Below, one piece after another: positions 36,101 to 48,000 of a stretch of 64,000 bases of DNA. Every line of letters begins with the position of its first letter. Position 1 is the first letter of the stretch. Location: the NCBI GenBank assembly GCA_051362555.1, contig CM120649.1, positions 13,702,001 to 13,766,000 on the forward strand, read 5' to 3'. Under the pieces are notes generated by a model, which was given only the letters and a program-made list of their open reading frames with translations, had not been told where the DNA came from and searched no databases. The stretch comes from Lingula anatina. Taxonomy: Eukaryota > Animalia > Brachiopoda. Both the position numbers and the translations under genes were made by a program.

Positions 36101-39100
36101 AAACATGGATAATTAGTACACTGTAGGCCCTGGCTTTATTGTCTTCTGTAATCATCAAACCGCTGATTAGATACGACGGCTTTTCTATTCCTTTCTGTTG
36201 TTTTTTCTTCAACTGCCTTCACTGTATACCTACATGTCCTACTCGATCTCATGCTAATCAATCAAGATCGATACAATCTACAAATGTTATAAATCGAGTA
36301 GAACAGCTAGGGCTAGAACAGTCCGAGTAAACCCTAGATTTCCTCTCTTATGTTTTACAAACTGATTAAACTGTGCTTTTGGTCGAACATTTGGTTCACT
36401 ATATAGCATAAGCAAAATCTCGATCAACCATTTTTGATGTTAAAAGCCTAATTTATTCATAGATTAGACACTGTCAAATGTTCTTATTCTCCAATTTTTA
36501 AAAACTTAACTTATTCATCTATCCTACAATACAGCTACCCTCTACCAGGGCGAGTGATAGATTTTTTACAGATATTCACAGATATGTCTCTAGCTAGATA
36601 GATGGTCATTTAAAGCTCAACTCAGTTCTGTGAACTGTGAACTGGTAGAGGGTACAATACAGCCTGTGTCTACTTTTAAGCAGCTATCGATATTAATCAA
36701 GTATGTGATTTTTCGATGTTGTTTCAACCTAATTCCTCGTTTTTTTATTTTTAATTGTTATAATCATTTTTCGTCTATCTATTCATTTTCATTTCGCTCA
36801 ATCATCCGCGATCAGTTGATTATATTGATGACTACAGCAACTGTGTAAACATGATGTTCCTGGCTTCCTGCTGATTGCGTTTCTCCCTGCAATATGATTC
36901 GTAGCTTCATTTGATCTTAGTCTAAATTTTGTCATAATTGCAAGAATTCAACTTTTTAATAAATCTGAACTTAGATAATTAATAGATCATTTGCCATAAA
37001 CAATGATCGATTCTGCCTCATATTTTCTTCTTTAGCAGCTTATTGTCTTCCATGTTTACAATTCTAGTGCTAAGATGGATTTTTTATTTGTGAAATTCAT
37101 GTTGTTGTTACTGTTTTATGTTATTTTGTTGAAGCATTGTTGATACATGATATGCTATATGATGCCACATATGGTTTGCCGCGACATGGTGCGTCACGAC
37201 CTGACATGACATTACAGAGTGATGTTATGTCATATGAATACTGAAGCTTTGATGCTTTGACGTGAAGTGACATGACATGACAATGTCATACGTATTTTTT
37301 GTCTTAGTATTGTTATTTTAACGATTGTAAAACTTTCATCAAATACCGCAAGCGATATAAAATTACACAACCAAAGTAAAGCTGCTCTTTTTAAAATATA
37401 CAGTATATTAAAATATACAGTGCATTTACAGAGAAATAGCAGTTTGACTTAACGTGAACTTTATAGATGCCCGGTGTTACTATTGTATTTTACCCCAAGT
37501 CAGTAACAAGATCTCTTTAGTTACTTTCTTCCAGGTTCAGTCAAATGTCAAGTGCCTGAGATGAATGGGGTTTATACAGTGTCCAAGCATACCGAGTTTC
37601 AGTTCTTTATGTTCTACTGTGTGGATGGAATTATTGTTCGCAGCTCGCGTAGTGTAACGCAATAGTTGTGTTGATATTCGGCTATATGCGGCCCCATGCT
37701 GAGTTCGGGCACTGGCCTATCGTGCTTTAATATTGAAAATAAATGTCTTATATTATGATAGAGCTTATGTATACTTAAATGGACCTGAGGGTGTCTTGTG
37801 AGTGAATGCAGCTCCTTACGCATTAAGTGTAGCGTGATGTCTGTACGCTTGCAAGTTTGGTTTACGCGCACGCTCGCGTGTGATTTTTACGTGTATGAGC
37901 CTGTGAGTGTATGCATTTATGTGTGGTGTTTTGTTTTATTTATAATCTTCTGTAGCAGTTCAGTCTTAATCTGTACGTTCACTTTTATCTTATTGACAAT
38001 ATCAATTAATCTGCACCCCTGACACTGACCATACTTGTTTGTAATAAGTAGTGAAACAAGTATTTATCTTGTGAAATTCCGTGCAGAATTGTGGTTTTAC
38101 AATATAAACGAATCAATAAATTTTGACGGACCACACATCATTGGAATGTTATATTATGGTGCAAAAAGCATTACGTATACTTGCGTGTTTATAAAAAGAA
38201 AAACACTTATTTCGAGAAATTATTTAAACAGCCCACGCAGACAGTAAACAGAGAAATGCTAGGCGTTTTTAGGTGCCGTGAGTGCATTTCCCCCGTTTAA
38301 CTTTTTTAGCGATTTAAATTAACTTAACTGGTAAGGTTATCGTGAAAGATAGCCAAAGTATCTACCAAAAAGCAAAAAAAAAAACTACTTTGGAAGACAT
38401 AATATGTACGATATCCTGTCGTTAACGAACAATAATAATTAAAGCAATGTGCATGCATCATAAATCACTCGGATAACTGGACGCGTGTTAACATTCCTCG
38501 GAAGTGAAAAACCAAGTCCGCGGTATCGTTTTTGTCCCCTGCGTGGCTCTATAATTGGTGACCGTCTGACCTCGGCCCTGGTGGACCCATTTGACACGTG
38601 ATCCCCGTAAATTAACTGAATTCACATAGCCATTGGTCACAGTGTGTGTATACGGTGGCCGATCACAAAAGTTGTGAGAGTAGCTAGAGCGCGAGGTTTA
38701 ATAGTTTAGGAAAACTTGTAGGCTGCGTTATTATTAGGCGTGTCTTAATTGAAGAGGAAAATCCACTTTTACGGCTTGTTTCCGCTTGTAATTGACGCTA
38801 ATGCTTCGCGCTGTTTGAGAGACTAAAAGCCATTTTTGGAGTTTTAGTTCTCTTGCCGACAAGGTCACTTTCAGTGAAGCAAATGTTGTCTTATGCAATG
38901 ATATCAGAATGAAGAGTTTGTAAGAATCTGTTAGAGAAAGCGATTTTTAAAAAATGCCTCCTTTCGTCCATGCTTTAATGAATTGCAACGGCTTTCCTGT
39001 ATGAGTCACTGAAAAGTATTCAAATACTGTCATGACTTCGAAATGGAATTTAACAGACCTAAAAAACATGGTCGAACCACTAACAATTGAAAATTAACTT

Positions 39101-39654
39101 TAAACAAATAATAAGGAAATATTGAAGAGGGAACGATTCGAAAAAAACACGTGGGCAATGTTTGATGTCGTCAGGCGATGCAGTGACGCAAATGAGGACC
39201 TTGATGCCTGGAAGAAAAAAAAATTGAAAGAATAACCTTGTGCTTTTTATGTGTAAAACGCATACCATTTAGGTCGTTAGCGGGTAACTTTTCGGATTCA
39301 ATTTCATCAGTGCATTTGACCCACTAAATCTGACATGACTGGTTAACATTCTGAAGTTTCGCTAATACATTTAACAACCTTTTGAGGCACGTGTGAATAG
39401 TGTTTGGGCTTTGTGTTAGGACATATAAACACCGATCACATCAGTGAAATCGTTTAAGATATTTTGTTAGTGTACATTATTTAGGTTCTAGATTCTGGGA
39501 AAGTCATTTGAGAATTTGGTGGCCGCAGAAAATTTTATATTACAAGTGCTTTATTTCTTTTGAGAGAGAGGGGGGATGAGAGTGAGTGAGAGAGTGAGAG
39601 AGAGAGAAAGTGTGTGTGTGTGTGTGTGTGTATGTGTGTTTGTGTCATTGTGTG

Positions 39655-39709
<55 letters not shown>

Positions 39710-40977
39710 CTAGGGGTGGGGGTGTACGTACGTCGCATAAATTGCTCAGGCTGTATTAATTTTTTATCAAATTAGTTCAAGTTATTGTTCACTTTCCAGA
39801 GGCCAATACGCAGATGAAAGTAACGGCATTTATCATTCTAAAATAAGTGATTTTCTGTCAGGCTGCAAAGCAGTAATTTTTCACGATCACATTTGTTCAA
39901 AGCTTTTCCAGAAATACAAAAATACATACAGAACGTCTTCCAAGAACTGCGACAAGATTTATGTTTATTCGCCAGCTGTTTTCTCTCCCGAAAAAGTATA
40001 CATTTACTTATTATAGGCCCTGCGCTTAAAGAAAGCAACAATACATAACCTAGAATGATGAATTTGAAACTGGTGGCTTTATAACCCAAATGTCAATCTT
40101 CGTAACCTTTCTTATCTTTCAGGGCAAAGTCCAACAATAAACTATGAGCTTGATACAAACGTTGAAATCTGCAGGTTAAAAAACGTCGATTTCTTTACCA
40201 TGGCGTCACGGTTGCTAGGGTGTCGATTTCGGTCTCGCAACACACCAGTTCAGCTCGATGTAGTGTGTTATCACGTCGATTCTCATAAATCAGGATCGTC
40301 CATTAACGAGTCTATTGATATGTTTGCCGACCGATTAGTTACCGCTTTCTTCAGTGTATAGCCTCTTCAGAATGCCAACGGTCTTTGATAGTTCATTAGC
40401 GATACGAGGGAATGTTGCTTTTCTTGCATTGGCCTTAAGGTTTCATTACTACCTCCCGTCTGCTTGCATAATCGATACTACGGTAGGGAAAAACACCTCA
40501 TAATTACCAAGATGCATTCTTTGCTTACAGTATGACGTAAACTGTTCTATGAAGTATTAATTGCTAAAGATGGATGAAAGAAATTAATTACACTTTTCCT
40601 CTAAGATTCCGCCTGCGGTACCGGGTATTTGAAACTATGACGTGCCCCTTTTTTTATTTATTTTTTTTATTTATTTATTTTTTTCAGGACAATGTCATTC
40701 GGGATGATCGTGGCTGAGTAACAAGCTGTGAAGTATTGAAATGTACAGACAAAAATTAATTCATGTATATCTGTTTGTTAGTTTATCGATGTATACATAA
40801 TGCCATTTTCATTATATTCAATGATATTTCAGAATGTGGTCAACAGGGATGCGCAGATTAACTCCATGATAGACATGTTGCTGGTCAGAGTGACCGCCGC
40901 CTTCCATAAATTCTGTGATGTCCTGCAAGTGACCGGTCACCACCTGTTGGCTGACCACCTGCGAAATGGTGAGTTTG

Positions 40978-41012
<35 letters not shown>

Positions 41013-43131
41013 GTACCTTCTCATTTGTAATTTTTAAAGAATTATCAGATTTCATTTCATATTGACCAAATATTGTTGGGCGAAAAATAATATAATATTT
41101 GGTTGTAATTTATAGACCATTATTTTTTATTCAAAATATTTTATTTGCTTGAGAGAGGGAGTCTCAGAGAGAGTCTAGATACACCAGCTTTACAATCGAC
41201 TCGAGATATATCAATTTTAAAACTGTCGTGATTTTCCAGAGGCTTTAAGTGCCAGTGAAAGCAAGGACTTCCCGGGAGGTGAGACACCTGAACCCGACGT
41301 CTTCCGTAGATTTCCTTCCTTGAATAAGGCGCTTTCAGATGTAGAGAAGCAGGTTCTTGACGGCTATATCAAAGAGAGGGTAAGGTTCACACACAATATC
41401 AATTCAGTATTTTTCACAGCCAAGCAAGTCTGAGGACTCATTGAGAAGCGTACATTTACTCTTCTTTTCTTTCTTCTGCTTCTTCTAGATAGCAATATCC
41501 GCCGCAGGTTGTATTAGGTCTGTATTAGGTCGTGCTTGAACAGTGATATCAGCAACATAAAAGCGCACCAAAATTATATGTACTGAATGTGTTAAAAGGG
41601 TGGGCAATATACAGTAGAACTAGCTTAAAATGATATGTTTGTTAGACAGCGCCGGGAGTTTCAGTTCTTAGTAGGCGAGTGCCCGGTGATATCGTACATG
41701 CATGCCAGGCCTATTGGATTGTACATAACGAAATAATAATAATAATGTAATAAAAAAATATAATAAATAAAATAAAAACCATGCGGAACTAATACCGCTA
41801 GAAATTGGGTATCAGGTGATATAATTTCAATATAATTATTTTTAAGCCAAGTTTTAATAAATAATTTTCCAAAGAAATACTGACCTTGTTCATCCTTGTT
41901 ACAGGAACGTGAAGCCGCCCTGACAGCACTATGGAAGGGTCAAAGCCGCGAGAAACAGATTGCGTTAGATGCGAAACAGAAGCAAATGGAGGAATCCTGG
42001 GAACACATGGAGGTGATGCAGAAGAAAGACGTGCTGATCCACCGCCTTGAAGACGAGTGTCAGAAGGCGCAAGAAGCACTCCAAGATAAAACAGCGGAGT
42101 ACATGAAGCTTCTAAGGAACGCAGAAGAAGCAAAGGAGAAGCATAAACTCCAACTGGACACTCAAATGAACTTTAACTCCGCCAATGACAGCACGCTGCG
42201 TCGTCTGCAGGAGCGGATCACGGAGATGGAGACCGCTCTCAACGACATGGACGCTTACATGGAGGAAAAACTCCGAAAGGTGGAGCCACCGACTGAAGAG
42301 GCTCCTCTTGACATCCAGCACCTGGACAACAAACAGGTGAGGGAGAAGAGGGTCAAATCGTTCTTAGACCACTTTGACCGCCTTTACCTGATCAGTCGGA
42401 AGTACGAGGACGCTCTCCAGGAGAGACAAGACGTGCTGAAGCTTTTCGCCATCGAGGCAGACTCAAAACCGTTCTATGCACACATGCGTAACTTCCATGA
42501 CAGCAATTCCGACCGTCTGGCGCGACTCTTCAAGGAGCTGGAGCACCGCGAGACGAGGATCTCAGAAGTGCAAGACGAGGTGGCCAAGGTGCAGGAAGAG
42601 AAAGCCGACCTGGAGAAGACGATCGAAGACCTGAACGCCCAACTTGCAGAAAGAGACAAGCAGATCCGGGACCTGAAGAAGGAGATACAGGTCCTCCGCT
42701 CCCACTCTCTCACGGGGAAGTCGGCAAAGAATACCTCTCCAAGAACCATTGAGCCGGGGTACGTCCCCAGCGGGCACCGCCAGCGCGCGGACAGCTACGA
42801 GGACCCGCACCACCAGACCTCCCTCACCCCTTGGGGAAAGACACCCACCAACAACGGCCTGATAGACATGCACGATGACCACCCCCTCACCAAGCCACCC
42901 AAATTCCTCACGCCGCTGCCTCACGGGGACAGTTCCCAGGGCAGTCCCCACGGGATATCCCCAAGGCACAACCGCGTCGAGACTCTGGCTATGAAGTCTT
43001 CGACTTCCAAGGGCGCCATCATGCGGCCGTCAGGAAAACCTCTCTCGCCCAACAGTGCAAACGTTGTGAACCTCAGTATACCTCAGCACCAACTTCTAAC
43101 GGGGGGAGTCACTAGGAAAAAGAGGTTCTAA
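33121..43131 (+). CDS. CARD (death-fold) + coiled-coil protein (4 coding exons, 545 aa)
   Basis: Exons 33121-33255, 40833-40968, 41240-41379, 41905-43131, phases 0/1/0; start context ACCATGG. The N-terminus MDPKYKKILDENRVLLARNII..FYDRLQKQNVLTESMLSNIANVVNRDAQINSMIDMLLVRVTAAFHKFCDVLQVTGHHLLADHL has the CARD pattern. It is followed by about 270 aa of E/K/Q/L-rich helical sequence and a P/S/H-rich tail ending RKKRF. Confidence 0.88.
35046..35157. mobile_element. Small TA-flanked MITE, copy 1
   Basis: TA-CCCTCTACCA ... TGGTAGAGGG-TA; related copy at 36536-36654. Confidence 0.75.
36536..36654. mobile_element. Small TA-flanked MITE, copy 2
   Basis: TA-CCCTCTACCAG ... CTGGTAGAGGG-TA; shares ACAGATATTCA(T/C)AGATATGTCTCTA with copy 1. 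Confidence 0.75.
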
Positions 43132-45084
43132 GAAAAGGTGTGGCTATTTGTTTATTATTTGCTATGACTGACGCGTATTTCATTTTGATCTGAACATGGT
43201 CGATGGACATTTTTCATCATTTACCAGTCTTCTGACCATCAAATTTTATAATCCGTATCGTGATTTATTCACAATTGCAACTGACCGAATTATCGGTCAC
43301 AAAGCTAAGGCCAACACCTATGGAACCCGGTCGCATGGAAATGAATCGTGCGTATAAAAATACACAAAAATACCCGGGAAGACGGTGCCGTAATTATAGA
43401 TGTACATATTTAACTGTAAGAAGCTTTTGCTGCTGTATGCTAAAATATATAAAGCTTTATATTTATACATTTGTATCATACAAATGACTAAACTTGCACT
43501 GAATATACATAAAATATATAGAAGTGTATTTTCTAAGAAATGTTTTATACACTGACTCCGTCCGGATATCAGACTATATTTTGTCACAAGTGTGTTGTTT
43601 TCACATGTATAGTATATCAGTTTAACACAGATATTTGTCTATCTTAGGTTGTGTGCGTCGTTAGAAATGTCTATAATAACTTTTCACATTGTTAAATCGT
43701 ATCGTTCTATCTGTAGCGCTATGTTTTAAGAAACTGACAGCTTTTAAATTATTGTTAAAACAGCCCTACTATATTACAATACCACCTACGCTGAACCCTA
43801 CGCTCGCCACGGCATTAATTTTTGTTGGTATACATGTACATACTAGGCCTGATTTCTAAGAGTATGCTTCATGTTGCAAATAATAGGAAGCAAACCGCTA
43901 AAAGCGAGCTAAGTCCTCCTCACTAAAATAAGGGGCCATTGTAGCTGTTCCAGCATTTACAAGACGATAATTGAAGCGATTTTGTAACTGTAGAACGCTT
44001 TCCGAGGAAAAGGTTTGTATCTCAAAACATACCGCTGCAGATGGGTTGAAAATATATGCCGTGCGGCTGTTACAAGGCCTTTGTAGTACAGGCGTACGTG
44101 TATACGTCAATATATGTGCCATGTCCATGACTAATGACTAATTGTGATACAAAGTTGCCATGTGATGCTCAAAGTGTGGTGCTCATTTTATGGTCCATGA
44201 TATGTGTATTCATGACAACATGTGTATGAATTTCTTAACTTTTGTGTAGGATTTTGTTTTAGTCTAGATATATACGTGTTTGAATTTTCAGATTAAATAT
44301 CGGAAAAAGGTAGAGTTTTTTTTTTCCTTAAATAAGTTTCACAGCAAAACTTGTTTCATTTGTTTAAGTTCTTAGTCGTTTTGAAATAGAGTCATGTTTC
44401 TCAGGACAATTTCAAATAGTTTGTCTTGGCACGTGACTATGTTGCTGTCACCTATCAGTCACATGCATATTTGATCGAGATCAAGGCGAAAATGTTTTTT
44501 TTTTTCTTAAAATATTGATTGTGAACAGAATGTCTTCATTAATCTTTTTTACAGTAAATTTACATTTTAATCAATATACACTGGTTTACTGATTCACAAC
44601 TGCAAGATTCGAAAGATACATCGGAACTTTTATTGTTCTGAATCAACCGAAATCTGGCATCACCTGTACTTTTGCGTGAGCACCAACGGAATAAAAATAT
44701 TTATTTAGAAAAGAAAGCTTCCATCTTCATCATTACTTAATATCTAACCACTTATATATCACAAAAACTCTACTGTTAATGAAACTGCCTTTATTTCCAA
44801 AGTTATGGACTTTCTGTCATTTAGAAAATAAAGCATTTCTCCTTAAAACTCTATCATTGAGAAACAAGTTCAAGGCAGAGAAGAATCTAAATTTAGAATT
44901 TATAGACGCTGACTTATACTCAAAGTAAAGTTGTTTCCTTTGTGCAATTTCATCAGTAATATTACTTTCACAACTCATTACTAAATAAAACAACAGAGCA
45001 AAAAAAAAATAATAATGTTACGAATGCGCACAGGAGCACAGAGGTTGCATGCACCCGACCTCTGCTGCCATCTATCGTTCATTA

Positions 45085-48000
45085 TCAACCGATAATCGCG
45101 TCGTTGAGAGGAGGACCGAATATCTCCGGCTTCGTTCCGCAGGCAGCTGGATGTCCACACTGTGTGCATTGGTTGCGGTGTGTCTTACCGCAGGGGCAGC
45201 CTAGGTTCTGGCAGCAGGCGCAGTCAGCGCGTTTGGTGTCCCAGACGCAGGGGCAGCCGGTGAATGTGGCGGTCCAACCGTCTATGCCGTAGTCGGTAGA
45301 GGGTTTAACTGCATGGGGTATAAAATAAGTCTTATGATTACTTACAACTTATCCTTCCAATACGAAATCAAATGCTCTGACTTGTCATTTAATTTGACCC
45401 CCTTCCCCGATTTAATATTATGGCACGTGATACAGTTATGATAATATGATTTGTAGGCCTATCCATATTGAAAATTATTATTGCTATTTAGGCAAAATTG
45501 AGATTACGAATACTCTAATACTCCATCATCATTTTCTTCAGCGGTCCTGCAATACATAACAAATTTAAAGTGCCTGCAAAGTGCAACAGACATAACTTAA
45601 GAAATTAAATAATATAGATGCATAAGTAACTAAGTAAGTACATGTAGGAAAATAAATAATGAATAAATAAATAAACGCTTCCTGTGAAGGTCTCATACCT
45701 GTTCCACAGGTGAATTCTTCCCCACATTTAACACAGTGATACTTGGAACTCGTGGGACACTGGCATCCTCCCAGCTCACAGCACGCGCAGTCTCTCTTAC
45801 TTTGGTCAAAGTAGCAACTGCAGCCCGTCTCAGCCCTTTTTTAATGAAGAGAAAAATCACGGAGTGTTAATATTCTATTAGTCATCTTGAGAGAGACTTA
45901 AATCCCAATTATCTGCAGCTTTTTTTTTTTCAATCGCCTACCCTTCCTCAGTCCGTACATACCATACGTGTTTATAACTAACTAATAAGCAAAATTACAA
46001 ATATCTTGTACATCTTTTGGAACATATTTTCCTCCTTTGATCTTGACTATAACTTATATGAACATAGTGCTAACTCCAACTTTTGAGTAAGTCGAACAAA
46101 TGTCCTTGCTCCAAAGTGAAGTGAAGCAGGTTCTGTCAGTATGTGTTTAATCCGTGTGGTACCAGCAGTACCATATTACACTTTATATACTCCTATGTGC
46201 CCGCGGTACTCACTTCGTCCAGATGTCCCATCTCATCTTATTTTCACCCCCGTACTTGGCCCAGTGGAGGGGGAAGGGCGTGGCCTTGGGGGCGGTGGTG
46301 ATGATAGGCCGGGGAGTGGTGGTGAAATTCGTAGTTTTCGGGGGTGGCTGGGTGGGTACTGAAACTGATCAACCATCGATGGTTAATACCTATGTGAGAG
46401 TGGTCTGTGTTTAGCTAAAAATATACAGTGGATAAAGGAAAAATAAATGCATGTTTATCATTAATTATTTTTCAGTTTGACCTATGCGTTCTATTCCATC
46501 TTTAAAGGGTTTGCTTCATGCCGTCAGAATGGCCTGAACGGAACATATTCTTCAGAAAACATGCCCAACTAACGATATCTTTATCCAAATACACAAATTA
46601 AAAGCTCATTTTGTAAATTTTTGGCTTTAAAAAACGTCCTATTTGCTCGGCCTGGGAGTTAATGAGCTACGTGGTCACGTGGTCCAATGACGACAATCGA
46701 GCCACTGGAGAACAGAGCGTGCTTAGCTGTCAAACTGAGCTGCATTGTCTACCTGTAAGATGACTTCTCTGGCTTCTGATAAAAGTTTATACTCATTCAA
46801 ATCTCTTACCCGAGGGGTCTAAATCCTCGTGAAGCTTTGTAAAACCATTTCCCGTCTAGTCATTTCTTTAACAAGCATTTCATTATGGTTATCCCAAGTT
46901 GTATAAAACACTGCATTTGAATGAGTTAAGGGAAATGTTGATTATTCCATATGAGGTCCATGTTATTTGTGAAATTCAATTTATTTTATTAAACCGCTGA
47001 TACTCCGTCTTGCATACTTTTATTAAACTGAGGTAAACAATGCCCGTTACCTTTACAAGTCCTATCTTAATCATCCATCTACCTGGAACTTCCTTTACCT
47101 CTTAATTAGAGGGTTAAATGGCATTCAATTTGTCTTGCTTGTATCGAACGCACTCTCTATCTAAGCTTTACTCCAGTTATCTCAGGTAAAAATCTACCTG
47201 TGCGTTAGTTACAAAGCGCAGCTCCCGTAGACCTGGGGGTACTAGATAAAATCTGAACACCAGGTTTATCGAGGAGCTATAGAAAGAAAGGAAGAACTTT
47301 TCCTGCACAACTTCATAGGAATTTTAACACGGACTTGATCCAGCTTAGACCTCCAAACTAACAGGGTGACATGAGCAATTTTCACAAACAAATCATAAAA
47401 CTATATTTCAGTTAACCGCCTTTAAAATAAATATACCGTTCTGGGTAAATTAAAATAGTTATTAAATCGCAAGAATATTTTTGACTTAAATGATGATTTT
47501 ATTATTAATGGAAATTAAGCTACTATATGAGGTACATTTGCTGTGATAACGCTGTCCTTCATGTTTTGCGTAAGTCTACATTTTGCTGTATGTGCTTGTA
47601 ATCTTTTTAAATATGTGCGTACAATTTTTGCAGGTCTGGTTACCCCCCTGTTATGTGATGAGAGTATTAATTTGGCAATTAGTTCCTTAGCTTATTTGAA
47701 TAGAATTGCAGTGTAAAATTTTCAACAAGATGTTGGCGAAATAGCCCATTACTCTTTGTAGGTATTTCCCCCGTCAAAGTTTGTCTAAAATTATCTTTCA
47801 ATCTTTACTCTTTCAAAGACAGTATAAAGTTACCTGACATATTTTCGTGTAAACTTAATGACAAGCCAAGTGTCTCCAGTTCATTCCGTACTCAATTTTA
47901 CCCAAGCAAATTTTTTTCTTGAGTAGATCTTTATAGCACGTTGTTATAAGCTTACAAATTTGCAAAAAAAAAAAAAAATTGCGTACTGACGCAGAATTTG

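Noticed and set aside
42112-42969. Minus-strand ORFs of 69-135 aa
   Set aside because: Antisense shadows of the GC-rich coiled-coil exon.
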